Assembly: GCA_030710605.1 (NCBI GenBank)
Contig: CP092864.1
Location: forward strand, 139,481,418-139,545,417
Direction of reading: 5' to 3'
Length of the DNA stretch: 64,000 nucleotides
Source: Cordylochernes scorpioides
Lineage: Eukaryota
A model generated the notes under the pieces. That model was not told where the DNA came from, searched no databases, and saw nothing but the letters and a program-made list of their open reading frames with translations. Each line of letters starts with the position of its first letter. Within the stretch, counting starts at the first letter, position 1. Below, piece after piece: positions 59,286-64,000 of this stretch. The position numbers were made by a program, and so were the translations under genes.

Positions 59286-60110
59286 TTAAACCAGGGCAAA
59301 TAAGACTTTACCACCCTGATTAAAAACTCATCTATGATAAGATACAATTTGGATTATAGATCAGAAACCAAGATAACAGAACCAAATACAAATAGTATGT
59401 GAAGTTTCAGGAAAAAGGGTTGTTACCATCATCAGAAAAAAGTTTTCTTGATTGGCTCTGTCTGCCTTGCTAGCAACATCTTTTCTTTTTTAATCGTAAC
59501 TCAATCATATTAGGCCTGTAGAGCTTGAGATTTATATTGTCTGCTGGGGATGAGTACAGCTCATCAATGGATGAGTCAATGCTATGCTGGCAACAACAGC
59601 ACCCTCTATGGTCACCTCAAGCTCCACAAGGTGGGTTGGTCCAGATAGACATTTACTTATTTGGATTTGGTCTTGTTACCGTATGTTAAAAACTTGTCTA
59701 TTACATAAATATTTCAACTACAAGACTTTTCATTAAAACTTGTAATAAAAGCTTCCATTTGATGCTAAAAAAATGCACTCGCAAGACAAGTTGACTCCTA
59801 AGAGATAGGTTAAATAAAAAATTGGTTATAAAAACATAAAACTATTCTTTCTTTGGAAAGTACAATCCTCTGCAATACATATAAATAATAAACAAAATGG
59901 CTTCATAGGATCAGTTTCTTATTTTATTTTATATCCCTCTCAAGCTTTCGTGTATCACAAACCCTTCTACAGGACTCCTGAAGGCAGCTTTGAGATACCA
60001 GAAAGCTTTAGAATAATATAAAATGTAAGAAATTCATCCTATGAAGCTCAAAGTGATATGACCAAATCTAAATAAATAATGTCACACTATTTATGTGTGT
60101 TTATAATCTA

Positions 60111-60466
60111 CTAGACGGGTGACCCGGGCTTCGCCCCGGGATTGACCCGTGTGCATATCTACCTGAGTGATATATATTAAGATAATATTTTTTTAAATAA
60201 TTGTTTGTTATTAGCATTATCTATTTGTTTGCATCAGCATAATTTAATCTAATCTTTGTTAGAGGGCGCTGTTCGTGAGCTAAGTAGAATAATTTGAATA
60301 TATAGTTTTAATAATTGATTTATATATTTTTTAAAATAGCCTATCGTCTACCCCGTATTTTTTTACCTATGTATGGAAATTTTGGTTTGAATTAGTGAAC
60401 TACTGAGAATTTGTATACCGGACATACAAACAAACATACAAACATTGATTTTTATATATATATAGA
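60111..60466 (-). mobile_element. Helitron-like element (356 bp), near-identical copy of 55297-55654
   Basis: The same termini and internal sequence (GATAGAGGGCGCTGTTCGTGAGCTAAGTAGAATAATTTG...). Confidence 0.7.
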
Positions 60467-60840
60467 AGATAATCCAAGTTATGTGCTTTATCATCCTATG
60501 AAGCTATTTTGTTTATTTATACTATTCTTTCTTATGCAAAATCAACGATGCTCTTCATATAGGATTTTGAACACATTTAGTATTTAGGGATTTAAAAAAA
60601 TTAGACATGTTAAACAGGGTCAGATGCTTAAGAAAGCTAAATTAATGATGGAACAAACAATCCCTACTAAACTCCAAAGACAGGTGACTGCAGATTTTAC
60701 TGTATTTAGTTCTCCTTATTGGTCTCTGTGTCACATCATTAAAAGTTGCCTTACTTGAGAGCAAAAAAGTGTCCAATGATGGCTGACCTCCATTTTGTAG
60801 TTGGCCCTACAGTCAAACCTCTCACTTATGGATAAGATCT

Positions 60841-61207
60841 CTTCTTCTTCTTTCTTATCTCCACTCAATCATTAGGGTATCAAGTTGTGACCCTTGATGG
60901 TATTTGACAACCATCATGACTGGGTGAAGTAGAATGCGTCTGCCTTTGTCATTAAGACTGGGAGCACTACTCAGTGGCAGGCCGACTTAGCTCCAAAAGA
61001 AATGGCCGCCTCTGACATGAGGAACAGACGCCATGTGCAGCCGCTCCTAACATGGAGTACAAACGCTGCTCATCCTGTATTCCTAGATTAGGAGCCCTTA
61101 CAGGGTACTATCAGCCGGGCCAGCTGAGCCCAGGTTTTTTAGTGAGCTTGTTACTGCTCCCTCTCCTCCTTTTTCATCCGGGCTTGGGACCGGCAAAGGC
61201 GGAGTTA
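60841..61207 (-). mobile_element. SINE-like D-family repeat, copy 2
   Basis: Matches 49985-50357. Confidence 0.5.
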
Positions 61208-61879
61208 TGGATAAGATAATTGTTGCAAAGACAAAGTGTCCTTTAGGAAGAGGTATACTCTTACTGGAGAGTTGCTAATTAGTAAAAATGGTAATTTTGG
61301 CGATGAAAATTGTCCTTTGTAGAGTGATAGATTTCTCTAGTAAGAGTGCCTTGTCACAGAGGTTCTACTGTATAGGAAGAGAAAGCAGAGACAAGCTTGG
61401 GTCAGCATCAACAAATGTGTTTGGCTCTATGGTTTCCATTTTTGGTTACAATGTATAAATTTGACATGGGACTTATCCCTCCCAATATAAATAAATAATA
61501 TCACACATCAGTCTTTGCATTTTATGGGGGAGTATTTTCTTATAATTCAAGAATTATACAACAACAAAAATCCTTTATTAAAGACACTTGTACCATACAG
61601 GATTCTCCTAAATTGGGTAAACAGAAGTAAACATAACATTCATCTAGAGAAAGTGGAGATTAACATCGACCTTTCTTCAAGTTGGATCCATCATCTGTGT
61701 TGAGCCTATTGTCTGTGTTGTTTCCCAGAATTTGTGAAAAGCTAATGCATTAGGTTTGTTTTTCATTACTTTTTCCATTAGAGAACATATGCGGAATTGT
61801 TTTCATAACCAATCTTTTGCCGAGAATTTCTCTGTCTTCCTCCAATACCAGAAAATAAAAAGTGTAGTGGGGAAAGTCA

Positions 61880-62097
61880 TGGTTAACCCGGCATTGCGCG
61901 CGCCGGGTGAAAATTACCCATGGCAACATTTGAATGGAGAATTAACCAATAAAAAATCGGTTGCCGGAGATGTGGTTTCGTTTAGCTTCCTGACTCATCA
62001 ATTAATCTAAAGTTTTGGTTTCACATTTTGACAGCTCCCACTGAAATTCCATCTATTGTCACTGTCGGGTAAAAATTACCCGGCGCGCGCACTCACG
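61880..62097. mobile_element. MITE-like element (~215 bp) with GC-rich terminal repeats GGGTAAAAATTACCCGGCGCGCGC
   Basis: 61885-61915 (CCGGCATTGCGCGCGCCGGGTGAAAATTACCC) is inverted at 62056-62095. A solo terminus of the same family sits at 63788-63850. Confidence 0.55.
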
Positions 62098-62890
62098 TAA
62101 TTTTTTTGTTGCATTTTTTTAATAACATTTTTTAAAATGAGATAAATAATTCGAATTAATAATTTAAAAAATAACTATAATAGGTTGATATATTTATTAG
62201 CCTATAATTCTATATAAAATGGAGGGAAGAAGGTCATATTTATTAGATCAAGAAGAGATTATTGTAGAAGGTGATATTGAAGAAGATCATCTAAATGAAC
62301 ATTTTTATGGAGGTGACACTGGAATATATTCAGATATAGGAATTTTGTGGAATAAGGGAATTATCCCACAAACACATTTTTATATAGGGAGAGCCTCGAA
62401 AATCAAATGGTTCAAAAATTGTCCTTCACAAACAGTAAAGCTGAGAACGCCTAATGTCATTACACATTTACTAGGCTTGAAAGGTGAAGAAGCAAAATAT
62501 TAAAATACACCTTTAGAAGCTCTTTTGAAGAAAATTTTTGAAAGTTTTGGCCCTTGAACTCATCAAAGAGCAACTAAATCAAAGAAAAATCATTTCTTCA
62601 CTGCCTAAAAGACTATTAAAAATTTCCTTTTTTTACAGTTAAGTTAATTTAAATCATAAATGTATACTCTAAATATTTATTTCAATTATTTTTAGAAGTC
62701 ACTTCAAGCCATTAAGAAGGTCAGGAACCGCAAGATAAAGCTTCCTACCAGATGTAGTGTGTCCCTCCAGTAAGGACAGGAAGACCTCGACTTTGTGCCA
62801 TAAATGTGTAAAAGCCAATTTATAAAGGACATACAATTGCAGTTTGCAATGATTTGTCTAAAATATCCTCATGGAATTTTATATATTTAA

Positions 62891-63572
62891 CTAGCCGAAT
62901 GACCCGGGCAACGCCCGGGTTTTACCCTATTAAATGTACCCTGTTTCACCCGTGGTCTCTGTTTTTTGGAATATTTTTCCCGATATAATTTTGTATCTGA
63001 TAATCAAACTTGATACAGCAAAATTTTTAAAAAGCAAAATTTTTAAAATAGCCTATCGTCTTCCCAGTATTCTTTTACCTATGTATGGAAATTTTGGTTT
63101 GAATTAGTGAACTACTGAGAATTTGTAGACGAATGCCCCGCGCAACTGTCCAACTGGGAGCGCCCCGCGCCGTCAAAATCGTCACGCGTTCTAGAGGGCG
63201 CTGTTCGTGAGCTCAACCGGCCGTCAGCCGGGAGATCTCATTTACTCGGCGGGGGGGGGGGGGGGGGGGTGCAGGGGGAAGGGAAGTCACGTGCTGCGCC
63301 GGCAGCCAATCGTCGCGCGCCGCCATCGCCCGCCTGAGTGTTCTAGAGGGCGCTGCTCGTGAGCTAAGTTGAATAATTTGAATATATAGTTTTAATAAAT
63401 GATTTATATATATTTTAAAATAGCCTATCGTCATCCTCGTTATTTTTTACCTATGTATGGAAATTTTGGTTTGAATTAGTGATCTACTGCGAATTTGTAT
63501 AGGAGTCATACAAACAAAGACACAGACAAACAAACATACAAACATACAAACATTCATTTTTATATATATAGA
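62891..63572 (-). mobile_element. Cluster of rearranged Helitron-family fragments (a 3' CTAG/hairpin end at 62891, partial bodies at 63040-63240 and 63330-63572, each with a G(22), CACGTG, CCAAT module)
   Basis: 62891 a|CTAGCCGAATGACCCGGGCAACGCCCGGG. 63046-63125 and 63420-63572 match the 55297-55654 body. The 5' end TCTATATATATAAAAATGAATG (on -) is at 63572. Confidence 0.5.
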
Positions 63573-63914
63573 TATTGAAAAGGAGCAATAGTTTCATATT
63601 TTATATGCCATTACCAATTTTAAGGATTATTCAAGAATAGTTTTTAAAATGTTTAATCTGTGTAAAAAATATAAATATTTTATTATTAATTGCCTTTTTT
63701 GAAAATTAAAATGTTATTACTTTGAAATAGAAAAGGTTTTGTTTTTCCTCAGTTAATATTTATATTCAAAATATGTAATTTTAATATCGGGTAAATTTCA
63801 CCCAGCGCGCGCAAGTACGTTACATTTCTAGCGCGCGCGCTCGAGGGTTAAATTAACTATTGCACAGAGTGCACTTTATATTCTTAGATTTAAATAATAA
63901 ATAATGATAAAGAA

Positions 63915-64000
63915 AACTGGGCAACTCTGTGCTTCACTCCCATCAATAATTGACAATATGACCCAGAATAAGTATATTGCTACGGCGTTTTATGGTTTCC
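63915..64000 (+). repeat. Short repeat shared with 37930-38040 (AACTGGGCAACTCTGTGCTTCACT[T/C]CCATCAATAATTGACAATATGACCCAGAATAAGTATATTGCTACGGCGTTTTATGGTTTCC)
   Basis: An 86-bp near-identical match. It lies next to the Tc1-like pseudogene in one locus and at the window edge in the other. Confidence 0.6.

Noticed and set aside
60030-60500. A 15-bp CATCCTATGAAGCT motif on both sides of Helitron 60111-60466, a possible target-site duplication
   Set aside because: Helitrons do not generate target-site duplications. The motif sits ~70 bp from the left end and ~20 bp from the right, so it is more likely a pre-existing local repeat or coincidence.

Overview
This window is an AT-rich, transposon-dense stretch of eukaryotic (metazoan-like) nuclear DNA. 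It is not prokaryotic, and there is no CRISPR array or operon-like content. Almost all of it is interspersed repeats and nested mobile elements. (1) A Ty3/gypsy LTR retrotransposon on the + strand has gag (11076-12077, CCHC knuckle) and pol (12011-15526, PR-RT-RH-IN) joined by a textbook -1 frameshift heptamer A_AAA_AAC. An internally deleted derivative of it lies at 24657-27545. (2) A second gypsy-like element on the - strand (45207-49763) has identical 202-bp LTRs, a 5-bp target-site duplication (AATTC) and a gag-pol reading frame interrupted only by one in-frame TGA, so it looks very young. (3) A piggyBac element (57141-59285) has TTAA target duplications, CCCTTTAAGC terminal inverted repeats and an intact 533-codon transposase. 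(4) A degenerate LINE on the - strand (30973-~35900) carries a nested mariner pseudogene. A second, ORF2-deleted LINE copy lies at 51437-~52440. (5) A family of short non-autonomous Helitron-like elements has 5'-TC(T)ATATATA ends, a CCCGGGCAACGCCCGGG hairpin and a CTAG 3' end, and inserts between A and T. One copy carries a 73-bp tandem array of about 18 units, and several carry a G-tract, CACGTG and CCAAT promoter-like module. (6) Also present: a second mariner (internally deleted, with a tRNA-derived SINE inside it), a Tc1-like pseudogene, several MITEs, a non-autonomous LTR-like element with 697-bp direct repeats (39102-42852), SINE-like repeats, and a genuine tRNA-Gly(TCC) gene (54210-54280, - strand). 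(7) Two repeat families, here called A and B, each occur in two copies and carry a canonical Pol II promoter (CCAAT, E-box, TATA) followed by a roughly 90-nt exon-like segment ending in a GTAAGC donor and a conserved downstream acceptor. (8) Host-gene signal is sparse. Two exon-like segments on the - strand (56941-57081 and a terminal exon 50912-51203 with AATAAA downstream) appear to encode a multi-pass membrane protein. The intron between them would be filled with the elements above. All calls rest on reading the sequence and on conserved family motifs; no database search was possible.
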